Assembly: GCA_965261085.1 (NCBI GenBank) | Contig: OZ253442.1 | Span: 2,624,001 to 2,688,000, forward strand | From: a bacterium | Lineage (GTDB): Bacteria; UBA8248 | Direction: 5' to 3' | DNA length: 64,000 nt | Shown here: positions 1 to 9,356 of the stretch, piece by piece | Position numbering within the stretch: position 1 is the stretch's first letter | Layout: every line of letters starts with the position of its first letter | Position numbers and translations under genes: made by a program | Notes under the pieces: model-generated | What the model was told of the DNA's origin: nothing | The model's database searches: none | The model's input: only the letters and a program-made list of their open reading frames with translations

Positions 1-326
1 GCGCGCGGGCGCAGTATGAACTTGTGGTGAAAAGCGGCGTTTCATCAGAGACCGACAAGGAACTGGCGAAACGTGGAATCGCCTCCGTCTTGATGCTGGA
101 TGGCGCCTGCGGCGAGGCTATCCCGGTGTGGGAGTCGATTCTGAAGAATGGGAGTCTCTTCACGTCTGAAGATCTGTATATATCCATTGCAAATTGTATG
201 GAGAAACTCGGTCGAGTGGAGGATGCGCGAAAGACTTATGAGGAATTAAGTAAAAAACACCCTGAGAGTCCATTTTTGACCGATCAAATCCGCGCGAAGC
301 TAAGCGACGCGCAAGCCGCCAAATAG
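1..326 (+). CDS. Tetratricopeptide-repeat protein, C-terminal part (5' end outside window)
   Basis: Frame is open from the window edge. Helical TPR-like pattern (IANCMEKLGRVEDARKTYEELSKKHPESPF). Confidence 0.7.
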   Translation, partial: ARAQYELVVKSGVSSETDKELAKRGIASVLMLDGACGEAIPVWESILKNGSLFTSEDLYISIANCMEKLGRVEDARKTYEELSKKHPESPFLTDQIRAKLSDAQAAK

Positions 327-429
327 CGGACACCCTGGAAATCCCGCACGCGTTAAATTGTTGATAAGGTATGTTATGTAAAATTAAATTCCGACATGTT
401 TTCCTGAACCCTCGCTTTAACTCCCCTGC

Positions 430-1668
430 ATGATAGACTGGGTCATGACGACTCGCCTCCAAGGAAAACCCCTCACCGTTCGTGGACATCCCGTGGATGA
501 AGGTGCTCTTCGTCAGATAGAGTGCTGCCTCGCCGATGATGAAGCGCAAGCAGGCGCCCTATGCGCCGATCACCATCTGGGTTATTCCATGCCCATCGGT
601 GGGATCATCGCCTACGAGAACGCCATATCACCGAGTGGCGTGGGCTATGACATCGCTTGCGGAAACAAAGCCATCAGGACGAACCTGAAAGCCTCGGACG
701 TGCGCACTGATATCTCCGATATGATGGATGCGATATTTCGAAACCTGGAATTCGGCATGGGCCGGAAAAATCCTAAACCAATCGACGATGCGCTTTTTGA
801 TGATCCCGCTTGGAAGATGCTGCCCGAGCTCGATGATTTGAAACCGCTGGCCCGCTCGCAACTGGGCACGATTGGTTCGGGCAATCACTATGTCGATTTG
901 TTCGTCGATGAGGCGGACGACGCGCTCTGGATCGGGGTCCATTTCGGCTCCAGGGGTTTCGGCCACAAAACATGCGCCGGGTTTTTAAATCTGGCGAAAA
1001 ACCGGAGTTTCCATGACCGCCCTGCCCCTGAGGAAATACACGCCCGGGCCACCGTCTTCTCTCTCGCCTCCCCCTTGGGAGGAGACTATTTCGCCGCGAT
1101 GAAGCTGGCCGGACGTTATGCCTATGCCGGAAGGGATTATGTGGGGGAGCGTGTGCTCGATATCTTGGGAGCAAATTCTGAATGGGAAGTGCATAACCAT
1201 CATAATTTCGCCTGGGAGGAAGAGCACGACGGCAAGCGCTGTATCGTGGTTCGCAAGGGAGCCACGCCGGCCTGGCCCGGCCAGAAATGCTTTATCGGCG
1301 GGAGCATGGGCGATATTTCCGTCATTGCCGAGGGTGTGGAAACGTCGGCGTCGAAGTCTCTTCTCTACTCCACGATACATGGCGCGGGCCGGGTGATGAG
1401 CAGAACTAAGGCGGCCGGGAGGAAAAGATGGCGCAAGGGCCGTTTGATTCGCAAGGGCGGCGCGATCTCACGCGAGGAAATGAATGAGTGGATCGCGGAC
1501 ATTGGCGTTGTGCTTCGCGGAGCGGATACGGATGAGGCTCCGCAAGCCTACAAACGTCTTACAGACGTATTGAGGTTCCATAAGGATGCGCTTCGCGTAT
1601 TGCACGTGCTCAGGCCCATCGGTGTAGCGATGGCGGGACCGGAAGTACGAGATGAATTTAGAGATTAG
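430..1668 (+). CDS. rtcB: RtcB family RNA 2',3'-cyclic phosphate/3'-phosphate ligase
   Basis: Motifs GVGYDIACG, QLGTIGSGNHY, HFGSRG, HHN, RKGA, HGAGR and DEAPQAYK. Confidence 0.95.
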   Translation: MIDWVMTTRLQGKPLTVRGHPVDEGALRQIECCLADDEAQAGALCADHHLGYSMPIGGIIAYENAISPSGVGYDIACGNKAIRTNLKASDVRTDISDMMDAIFRNLEFGMGRKNPKPIDDALFDDPAWKMLPELDDLKPLARSQLGTIGSGNHYVDLFVDEADDALWIGVHFGSRGFGHKTCAGFLNLAKNRSFHDRPAPEEIHARATVFSLASPLGGDYFAAMKLAGRYAYAGRDYVGERVLDILGANSEWEVHNHHNFAWEEEHDGKRCIVVRKGATPAWPGQKCFIGGSMGDISVIAEGVETSASKSLLYSTIHGAGRVMSRTKAAGRKRWRKGRLIRKGGAISREEMNEWIADIGVVLRGADTDEAPQAYKRLTDVLRFHKDALRVLHVLRPIGVAMAGPEVRDEFRD

Positions 1669-1985
1669 CGTATAGGACTCTCTTCATCTTTTCGCTCGCA
1701 GTGCCGAGTGTAAGTGGCTCCTTCCTCGAGGAATTTCCCCGAATTCGTTTAACATGACTTTATGGGATAGTTTTTAGTAATCTAATCTAGATTGTTAGAT
1801 ATTATAGTTTACTCATTTGTAAATAAATGATTTATCTTAATAGATCATCTGGCCTTCCTGCTTTTTCCTCCAAACGCGAATTCCGCAAGACGCGCCTCTA
1901 CCCTGACGCCCAGATGGTGTTCTTGGCTTCAAGTCCGGCTCGCACGAAAGACGGGACGACAGATGAAAATAGACGAAATTTTTGA

Positions 1986-2987
1986 TTAGGGCCCCGGGAA
2001 AACCGGGTCGGCATGGCCTACTACGTCGAGTTCAAATCCCGCGTCGCGAATCATGCGGTGTGCTGCGGCCGACTCCTGGCCGGATGTTGTGAGGTAGCCG
2101 TCCACGAAAATCGAGTTGGCGGGAAAGAGCGCCAGAGGCTGCAATTCTCTCAGTTGGACTTCCCTTCCCCCGGCGACGCGAATTTCGGAACGGGGATTAT
2201 AGAAGCGCATCAGGCACAACAGCTTGAGGCAGGTTATCGGCCCAAGCAAGGGCCTCCCCTCGAGCGGTGTGCCGCTGATCGAGTTGAGAAAGTTGACCGG
2301 TATGGATTCGGGCGCGAGCTCACTCAGCGCCTCACAAACGGCGATGACGTCGTCGGTGTTCTCCCCTTGCCCGAAAATGACCCCGGAGCACAATTCGAGC
2401 CCTGCCCCACGCGCCGCACTCAGGGTGTCCATGCGGTCGTCATAGGTATGCGTGGAGCAGATTTGGGGATAATAGCGCGCGCTCGTATTGAGGTTGTGGT
2501 TAAAACGGTCGACGCCCGCCTCGTTGAGCCTGGCGGCCTGGGAGGCTTCCACCAGGCCGAGAGAACAGCACACGGAAAGGCGATGGCGTGATTTGATTCT
2601 GGAGACGGCGCGGCAGAGTTTTTCAATTTCCGCATCCGAAGGCCCCCGAGCGCTGATGACGATGCAATAGCGTCTTGAGCCGGCAGACTCGGCCCGCGAA
2701 GCTCCTTCGAGGAGCTGTTCTTCATCCACCAGCTCGTATCTGTCGATTTCAGCGCTGGAGACGGCGGATTGAGAGCAATAGCCGCAATCCTCCGGGCAGA
2801 TGCCGCTTTTGGCGTTGATGAGGTAGTGAATCTGCACTTTTTTTCCGAAATAGGCTTGCCGCACAGAAAAGGCGGCGTCGAGAAGCTGAAGGATCTCATC
2901 ATCCGGCGCGTTGATGATCGAGAGCGCCTCGTCTCGTTCGGGTCTTTCATCTTCAAGGGCGCGCCGCGCCAATTCGTGGTAATTCAA
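1986..2987 (-). CDS. bioB: Biotin synthase (radical SAM)
   Basis: NAKSGICPEDCGYCSQS (CxxxCxxC), NHNLNT, PESIPVN, AGGRE, ANSIF..YLTT. TTG start at 2987 chosen from the upstream AAGGA. Confidence 0.95.
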   Translation of the reverse strand: MNYHELARRALEDERPERDEALSIINAPDDEILQLLDAAFSVRQAYFGKKVQIHYLINAKSGICPEDCGYCSQSAVSSAEIDRYELVDEEQLLEGASRAESAGSRRYCIVISARGPSDAEIEKLCRAVSRIKSRHRLSVCCSLGLVEASQAARLNEAGVDRFNHNLNTSARYYPQICSTHTYDDRMDTLSAARGAGLELCSGVIFGQGENTDDVIAVCEALSELAPESIPVNFLNSISGTPLEGRPLLGPITCLKLLCLMRFYNPRSEIRVAGGREVQLRELQPLALFPANSIFVDGYLTTSGQESAAAHRMIRDAGFELDVVGHADPVFPGP

Positions 2988-3181
2988 AGCAGCTTTCCTT
3001 CTATTGGGCGTCTGCCCAAAACTTAACGCGCCACTTGCTCTTTGGCAAACGAGCGTGGCGAAGATAGACAAAATGGCCGATACTTCTCTTGTCTCTAATG
3101 TTCGTCTGACCTATGATAAATTAGCTTTATGTAAACTTAAAGTAATTTATCAAAATATGGCAGTATTATACATTAAAATCA

Positions 3182-6082
3182 ATGAGGTATAGGGTGGAAG
3201 TTATCTCAACACTTGAACAAGAATTACGCGTAGCCATTGATGGTGAAGCGCGCTTCGATGCTTTCACCAGAAAAATATACAGCACCGACGCGAGCATGTA
3301 CGAAATAGAACCCGTGGGCCTCGTGCTGCCTAAAACGGACGCCGATGTGCAAAAAACGCTTCAAATCGCTCAAAGACACAACGTCGCCATCCTGCCCCGG
3401 GGCGGCGGCACAAGCCTCGCCGGCCAGACCGTGGGCGAAGCATTGATACTCGATTTTTCGAAATACATGAACCAGGTGCTCGAATTAGACGCCAATGAAG
3501 AATGGGCGCGCGTTCAGCCGGGGCTGGTGCAGGATCATTTTAACGATTACTTAAGCCCTCACGGATTCGTCTTCGGCCCCAACACATCCACGAGCAGCCG
3601 CGCCACCATCGGCGGCATGCTGGGGAACAACTCCTCCGGTTCGCGATCTATCGTCTACGGGAAGACGGTGGATCACGTCATCGAAGTTTCCGGTTATTTC
3701 GTAGACGGAGAGCCCTTCTCTTTTGGACCTGTGGATGCGGAGTCTCTCGAAGAACTCATGCGTCAGGATTCGCGTACGGGCAGGCTCCATAAGGCGCTGA
3801 AAGATATCGTGGACGACCAACGGGGGGAGATTGAAGACCACTACCCCAAAATCATGCGCCGCGTGAGCGGATATAACCTCGATGAACTCGCCAGGGAGAC
3901 GCAGCCCTTCAACCTCGCCAAGCTCATGGTGGGCGCCGAGGGTACGCTGGCCGTGGTTACCGAAGCCAAGGTGCGCGTGTGCACCAAGCCCAAGGCGCTC
4001 GGCGTCCTGGTGGTTCATTTCCACAGCATCGAAGAGGCTCTCGCCGCGAGCACGATTATTTTGGCCCACGACGTGGCGGCGATAGAGATCATCGACAGGG
4101 TGATCATCGAGCTCGCCAAGCAAAACCTCGAAGCCCAGCGCCTCATGAGTAGCTTCGTGGTGGGCGATCCCGATTCTTTCCTGACGGTTGAGTTTTTCGC
4201 CGAAAACGACGATGAGGCCAAAGAGAAAGTCAGGCGCTTACACGATGAACTGGAAGCGAAGAACATCGGCTACGCGCGCGTTCCGCTGGATGATCCCGCC
4301 CACAAGCAGGATTGCCTGAACATGCGAAAAGCGGGATTGGGCTTTCTCCTCGGACGACGGGGCGACTGGAAGCCCTACGCCTTCGTGGAGGATTGCGCGG
4401 TGGCCCCCGAGCGTCTCCTGGATTATTACCGGCACTTCGAGGCCATCATGAAGAAGTACGATACGGCTACCTCCTACTATGGCCACACGAGCGTGGGCCT
4501 GCTGCACCTGCGCCCGCTCATTAACCTCAAAGACAATGCGGAGATCGGGAAAATGGCCGCCATCGCCGAGGAGGTCTCGGACCTCGTGCTCGAATACGGC
4601 GGCGCCATGAGCGGAGAGCACGGCGATGGTCTGGCGAGAAGCCAGTGGATACCCAAATTCTTCGGTGAAAAACTCTATGGCGCATTCGTCGAGGTGAAGC
4701 GGCTCTTCGACCCGGAGAACCGGATGAACCCGGGAAAAATCGTACATGCCCTTCCCTTCACGCAGAATCTGCGCTTCGACGGTTCTTACAAGACCCCTGA
4801 GATACCGACCATCATGGATTTCTCGAGCGACGGCGGTTTCGCGCGCGCCGTTGAGCTTTGCAACGGGGTGGGCGCTTGCCGCAAGCGAGACGGCACGATG
4901 TGCCCATCCTATCAGGCGACGATGGAGGAGGAGCACTCCACGCGCGGGCGGGCGAACGCGCTCAGGGAAGTCATCACGAACGGAATACCCGGAGAGGATC
5001 TGGGCAGCGAGCGCCTCTATGAGGTACTGGACCTTTGTCTATCGTGTAAGGGTTGCAAGGCGGAGTGTCCCTCGAGCGTGGACATGGCGAAGATCAAGGC
5101 GGAGGTGCTTCAGGCTTACTACGACAAGAACGGCGTGCCCCTGCGCGTGCGTATGATGGGCCGCATCGCGCGCATCAACCGCCTGAGCGCCCCGGTGGCG
5201 CCCATTGTGAACTGGACCCTTGGGAATCGCCTTGTGCGCTCCCTGCTGGACAGGTTCTTAGGCATCGACAAGCGAAGAAGGCTCCCCCCCTTGGTGACGC
5301 CCACCTTCGAGGATTGGTTCGAGGCTCGTCCCGCATCCCGAAACAAATCCTCGGCGCGGGGAAAGGTTTTGTTCTTAAACGATACGTTTACGAACTTTAA
5401 TTGCCCCGAAATCGGTAAAGCCGCGGTCAAGGTGCTGGAGGCGGCCGGCTTCGAGGTCGGGCTCGCAGATACGGGTTGCTGCGGGCGGCCCATGATATCG
5501 CACGGCCTTTTGCGCGAGGGTCAGAAGCTGGCGGAGGAGAACATTTCGAGGTTATCCCCCGCGATAGAGGCGGGCCTGCCGATCATCGGGGTCGAGCCGA
5601 GTTGTCTGCTCACTTTTCGGGATGAATATCTGGACCTCGTGGCGGGCGATGCGCCCAAACGCCTCGCGGAGAATTCCTACATGCTCGAGGAATTTTTGCA
5701 AAGCCTGCACGATAAGGGTGAACTCGACCTAAAATTCAAGTCCCCGAAACAGCAGAAAGCCCTGTTTCATGGCCATTGCCACCAGAAAGCCCTGGTGGGA
5801 ACAGGCCCCTCCTTGGGGGTCCTAGGCATGATTCCCGATTTGGAGGTGACTCAGATCCCTTCGGGCTGCTGCGGCATGGCGGGTTCGTTCGGCTACGAGA
5901 AAGAACATTTCGACATCTCGCTCGCCATCGGCGAGACGAAACTCTTCCCTGCTCTTAGAGCAGGCGCAGAAGACGCCACGACCATCGCCAATGGCGTTTC
6001 CTGCCGACAGCAAATCTCGGCCGGCGTCGGCAAAAAGGCGCTCCACATCGCCGAGGTGCTCGCCGACGCGCTAGATGAGTAG
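3182..6082 (+). CDS. FAD-binding / (Fe-S)-binding oxidoreductase (GlcD-GlcF fusion, YdiJ-like)
   Basis: PRGGGTSLAGQ, SGEHGDG, CNGVGAC, CLSCKGCKAECP and CCG domains (CCGRP, CCGMAGSFG). Confidence 0.92.
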   Translation: MRYRVEVISTLEQELRVAIDGEARFDAFTRKIYSTDASMYEIEPVGLVLPKTDADVQKTLQIAQRHNVAILPRGGGTSLAGQTVGEALILDFSKYMNQVLELDANEEWARVQPGLVQDHFNDYLSPHGFVFGPNTSTSSRATIGGMLGNNSSGSRSIVYGKTVDHVIEVSGYFVDGEPFSFGPVDAESLEELMRQDSRTGRLHKALKDIVDDQRGEIEDHYPKIMRRVSGYNLDELARETQPFNLAKLMVGAEGTLAVVTEAKVRVCTKPKALGVLVVHFHSIEEALAASTIILAHDVAAIEIIDRVIIELAKQNLEAQRLMSSFVVGDPDSFLTVEFFAENDDEAKEKVRRLHDELEAKNIGYARVPLDDPAHKQDCLNMRKAGLGFLLGRRGDWKPYAFVEDCAVAPERLLDYYRHFEAIMKKYDTATSYYGHTSVGLLHLRPLINLKDNAEIGKMAAIAEEVSDLVLEYGGAMSGEHGDGLARSQWIPKFFGEKLYGAFVEVKRLFDPENRMNPGKIVHALPFTQNLRFDGSYKTPEIPTIMDFSSDGGFARAVELCNGVGACRKRDGTMCPSYQATMEEEHSTRGRANALREVITNGIPGEDLGSERLYEVLDLCLSCKGCKAECPSSVDMAKIKAEVLQAYYDKNGVPLRVRMMGRIARINRLSAPVAPIVNWTLGNRLVRSLLDRFLGIDKRRRLPPLVTPTFEDWFEARPASRNKSSARGKVLFLNDTFTNFNCPEIGKAAVKVLEAAGFEVGLADTGCCGRPMISHGLLREGQKLAEENISRLSPAIEAGLPIIGVEPSCLLTFRDEYLDLVAGDAPKRLAENSYMLEEFLQSLHDKGELDLKFKSPKQQKALFHGHCHQKALVGTGPSLGVLGMIPDLEVTQIPSGCCGMAGSFGYEKEHFDISLAIGETKLFPALRAGAEDATTIANGVSCRQQISAGVGKKALHIAEVLADALDE

Positions 6083-6111
6083 GATTTATTCTTTCAAATA
6101 CATTTAATAAA

Positions 6112-6143
6112 CAATGACATGAAAAGAAGTTCTTTATGTCATT
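6112..6143. terminator. Hairpin between convergent genes (possible bidirectional terminator)
   Basis: AATGACAT...ATGTCATT inverted repeat in the AT-rich gap between two stop codons. Confidence 0.4.
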
Positions 6144-6154
6144 TCTTATATTTC

Positions 6155-7249
6155 CTAATCCGGATTCCGTATGACGGAACGCAGGGTTTCACCGCGTTCC
6201 ATGGCCTCGAAGGCGGGTTCCACGTCTTCCAGTCCGATGACTTTCGTGACCATTCGGTCGAGGTCCAGTTCTCCTTTCTCGTACCAATCGGCGAGAAGCG
6301 GGAAATCCCTCGAAGGTAGACAATCCCCGTACCAGGACACGCGCAGCGCACCGCCCAGGCCGAAGAACTGGAGCATCGGCAATTCCACCATCATGTCGGG
6401 GGCAGGCACGCCGATGAGCGTGCAGGCGCCGGCCAGGTCGCGCGACCACAACGCCTGGAGAAGCGTCTGGGGCGTTCCCACGGCCTCGAAGGAATAATCG
6501 ACGCCGTTCCCGCCGGTGAGGTCCTTGATCGCTTCCACCGGGTCGGTTTCCGAGGCGTTTACGACGTCGGTGGCGCCGAATTCCCTGGCCCAGGCCAGTT
6601 TGTTATCGGCGATGTCGACGGCGATGATTTTAGATGCGCGCGACATTTTCGCGCCCATGATGACGCTGCAGCCCACGCCGCCGCATCCATACACCGCCAC
6701 GCTGCTCCCGCGCCTCACCTGCGCCGTGTAGAGCGTAGCGCCCACGCCCGTCATGACGCCGCAGCCAATCAAACAGGCCTGCTCCGGCGTGCAGGCGGTG
6801 GGTACTTTCACCGCCTGCTTGGCGGCGACGATGGTGTGCGTGCAGAACGTACCGATGCCGAGGGAGGGACTTAAGACTTGGCCGTCTTTTTTTACTCGCA
6901 TCTTGGAGGCCGCGTTCAGGCTGGCGGCGCAAAGGTTGAACTGGCCGATGGAGCAGAAGCGGCAGACGCCGCAGGGGGCGCGCCAAGCCAGAACGACGTA
7001 GTCGCCCACGGCCAGGTCGGATACTCCCTCCCCCACTTCCTGAACGATTCCCGAGCCCTCATGACCGAGGAGATAGGGGAATTCATCCCCGATTTTTCCG
7101 AGTTTATAGTGTAAGTCCGTGTGGCAGACGCCGCTGGCCTGGATTTTCACCAGCACCTCGCCGGGGCCCGGGGAGTCGAGTTCGATTTCTTCCACTTCCG
7201 TGCGCTCGCCCGCTTTTCTTGAAATCACGCCATGGCCGATGATGCTCAT
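6155..7249 (-). CDS. Zn-dependent alcohol dehydrogenase, S-(hydroxymethyl)mycothiol dehydrogenase/MscR-like
   Basis: GVCHTD, GHEGSG, structural-Zn CGVCRFC...C, GCGGVG, and C-terminal SWYGDCLPSRDFP. Confidence 0.88.
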   Translation of the reverse strand: MSIIGHGVISRKAGERTEVEEIELDSPGPGEVLVKIQASGVCHTDLHYKLGKIGDEFPYLLGHEGSGIVQEVGEGVSDLAVGDYVVLAWRAPCGVCRFCSIGQFNLCAASLNAASKMRVKKDGQVLSPSLGIGTFCTHTIVAAKQAVKVPTACTPEQACLIGCGVMTGVGATLYTAQVRRGSSVAVYGCGGVGCSVIMGAKMSRASKIIAVDIADNKLAWAREFGATDVVNASETDPVEAIKDLTGGNGVDYSFEAVGTPQTLLQALWSRDLAGACTLIGVPAPDMMVELPMLQFFGLGGALRVSWYGDCLPSRDFPLLADWYEKGELDLDRMVTKVIGLEDVEPAFEAMERGETLRSVIRNPD

Positions 7250-7367
7250 ACGCTTCCTCCCAGGTCGTATCCTTTTGATGCGCTCGCTATAATGCGCCGC
7301 GCAAACTGGAAATTTCCATCCATTACGTCATTTTCCCCCACGAGGGATTATCACGCAAGGAGTCGAC

Positions 7368-8558
7368 ATGTCCGAAGAATGGTATCCGCGTTTCTCCGAG
7401 AAAGAAATGAGCAGGCGACATGCGGCGGCGAAGGATTTGATGGACGAAGAAGGGCTTGACGCTCTTTTGTTCTTTGGCCTCGGGGGAACGAACCGTAACG
7501 CGCAGGCGAACATCTACTGGCTTTCATGCTACCGGGATTTCAACCACTGCTATCTGATTTTTCCAAAAGAAGGCCCCCCTTCCCTCTTCACGGGCCTCTA
7601 CAACCATCTGCATAACGCGCAAATGCAGTGCATCTTCGAGGACGTGCGTCATGGAGCCTACGGCAATCCCGAGCGCATGGCGGATCAACTCGACGCTCTG
7701 GAGCTCGGGAATGCGCGCATCGGTCTGGTGGGCATAAACCCCCGCTTCAAGATTCTGCTTCCCTTCGAGCACATGGAATATCTGACGACGCGCTTCCCGG
7801 AGGCGCAGTGGATGGACGTGAGCGCCAGATTCAGGGACCTGAGGCTGATCAAGAGCGATGAGGAAATTGAATGGCTGACCGAGGCGGCGCGGCTCACTGA
7901 CCTCGCCATGGAAGCAGCCACCATCCATGCGAAACCGGGCATTCCCGAAATCGAACTCTCGGGCCGGATGGCCGCTGCGTTCAGGGAGCAAGGCGGCGAG
8001 CAGATGGTGCAGTTCGTGACGGCCACGCCGATGGCCAATCCCCGCACGCCCGTCCCCTGGCAGAACCCCACGAGGCGAAAGCTCGAGGCGGGCGACGTAC
8101 TCATCATGGAGATCAGCGCGGCGTATTATGGCTATGCGGGCCAGAGCTTGCGCACCTTCACCATCGGGGCGGACCCCACACCTCCTTATCAGGCGTTGCT
8201 CGACGCCGCCATCGAGGTGTTCGAGGGCGTGGGCAAAACGATGAAGGCGGGAAATTACGCACAGGCCGTTTTCGAGGCCACCGACCCGCTGCCCGAGAGA
8301 GGTTTTCAAATCTACGATTCCCTCGCCCACGGCTTCGGCACGGACTTGCTTCAGCCCTCCATCGGCATCAGGGGCTCGAACTATCTCGCACCGCCGGCCG
8401 ATTTCAAGTACCGCGAAAACATGGTGATGGTGATTCAGCCGAACCCCATGGATTCAGAAGGCCGGGGCGTACAGATGGGTGATATGGGCATCGTCACCCA
8501 AGATGGGTTCCGCTCCCTGCACACCTTCCCCATGAAGACGTTCCGGTGCGATGGTTGA
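7368..8558 (+). CDS. M24 (creatinase/prolidase) family hydrolase
   Basis: Creatinase-N domain, RLIKSDEEI linker and pita-bread domain (HGFG). Confidence 0.85.
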   Translation: MSEEWYPRFSEKEMSRRHAAAKDLMDEEGLDALLFFGLGGTNRNAQANIYWLSCYRDFNHCYLIFPKEGPPSLFTGLYNHLHNAQMQCIFEDVRHGAYGNPERMADQLDALELGNARIGLVGINPRFKILLPFEHMEYLTTRFPEAQWMDVSARFRDLRLIKSDEEIEWLTEAARLTDLAMEAATIHAKPGIPEIELSGRMAAAFREQGGEQMVQFVTATPMANPRTPVPWQNPTRRKLEAGDVLIMEISAAYYGYAGQSLRTFTIGADPTPPYQALLDAAIEVFEGVGKTMKAGNYAQAVFEATDPLPERGFQIYDSLAHGFGTDLLQPSIGIRGSNYLAPPADFKYRENMVMVIQPNPMDSEGRGVQMGDMGIVTQDGFRSLHTFPMKTFRCDG

Positions 8559-8720
8559 AGACCTTTTGCTCGACGTGATTGAGTGCTCTTTCGTCTTCTT
8601 CGTAATGCGCCCGCTCCGTCCATTGCACCATTGAGCATCCGTGCATAAAATCCGGGCGGTATAACAGCCATCCGGGATCACGACAGACATTTTTTCGTTC
8701 TTATCAAAAGGAAAGTATTC

Positions 8721-9338
8721 ATGGAATTCGTCATCAAGATTTACGACAGGCCGGAGGCGGCCGCCCTGAGAGATGTTCACCGTAAAGCGCACCTGGATTA
8801 TCTGAAGCGCTTCGACGGTGTCACCCGCTTCGCGGGTCCGTTCTTGACCGACGACGGGAAGCGCGAATTGGGCAGTTTCCGCATTCTGGACCTGGCTGAT
8901 CGCGCCGCCACGGAAGAGCACGTGGCGAATGAGCCGTTCATCATCGAAGGGATTCAGGAGCGGCCTTCGATTCGGCGCTGGCGCGGCGCAGTGCCCTACT
9001 CCTGGCGCGACTGTCCGCGAAAAGAGGGGAACCTCCAGTTTTACGTCCATGCCTTGGATAAAGCGGACGGGGGCGCGATCCGCAAGGCGCATCGTGAAGC
9101 GCACAGCGCCTATCTGACCGAGCACGGCGATTCGGTGATGGTGCGGGGCCCGTTGCTCAGCGATGACGGGGAGACCAGAAACGGCAGCGTGCTGCTCCTC
9201 GATTTTCCCGACATCGAGGCGGCGCGGGCGTTCTGGGCGGAGGAGCCCTATAACCGCTTGGGCCTGTATGAGAGCGTGGAGTTCTACGCCTGGCGTTTCG
9301 GGCGGGTGTTCGATCGCTTCAAAATGCCGGCGGAGTGA
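8721..9338 (+). CDS. Tandem two-domain YciI family protein
   Basis: Two repeats of D.....R...R.AH..YL ... GP.L.DDG...GS ... EP(F/Y). Confidence 0.88.
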   Translation: MEFVIKIYDRPEAAALRDVHRKAHLDYLKRFDGVTRFAGPFLTDDGKRELGSFRILDLADRAATEEHVANEPFIIEGIQERPSIRRWRGAVPYSWRDCPRKEGNLQFYVHALDKADGGAIRKAHREAHSAYLTEHGDSVMVRGPLLSDDGETRNGSVLLLDFPDIEAARAFWAEEPYNRLGLYESVEFYAWRFGRVFDRFKMPAE

Positions 9339-9356
9339 TTTTCATACCACCCATAT

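Noticed and set aside
430-1985. Ro60/Y-RNA or rtcAR RNA-repair operon around rtcB
   Set aside because: No Ro60, rtcA, rtcR or archease gene is adjacent, and no tRNA-like structure was recognised downstream.
3115-3180. BirA operator or dif site upstream of bioB
   Set aside because: The TGTAAAC half-site has no matching inverted half at the expected spacing, and the dif-like reading needs a 7-bp spacer.
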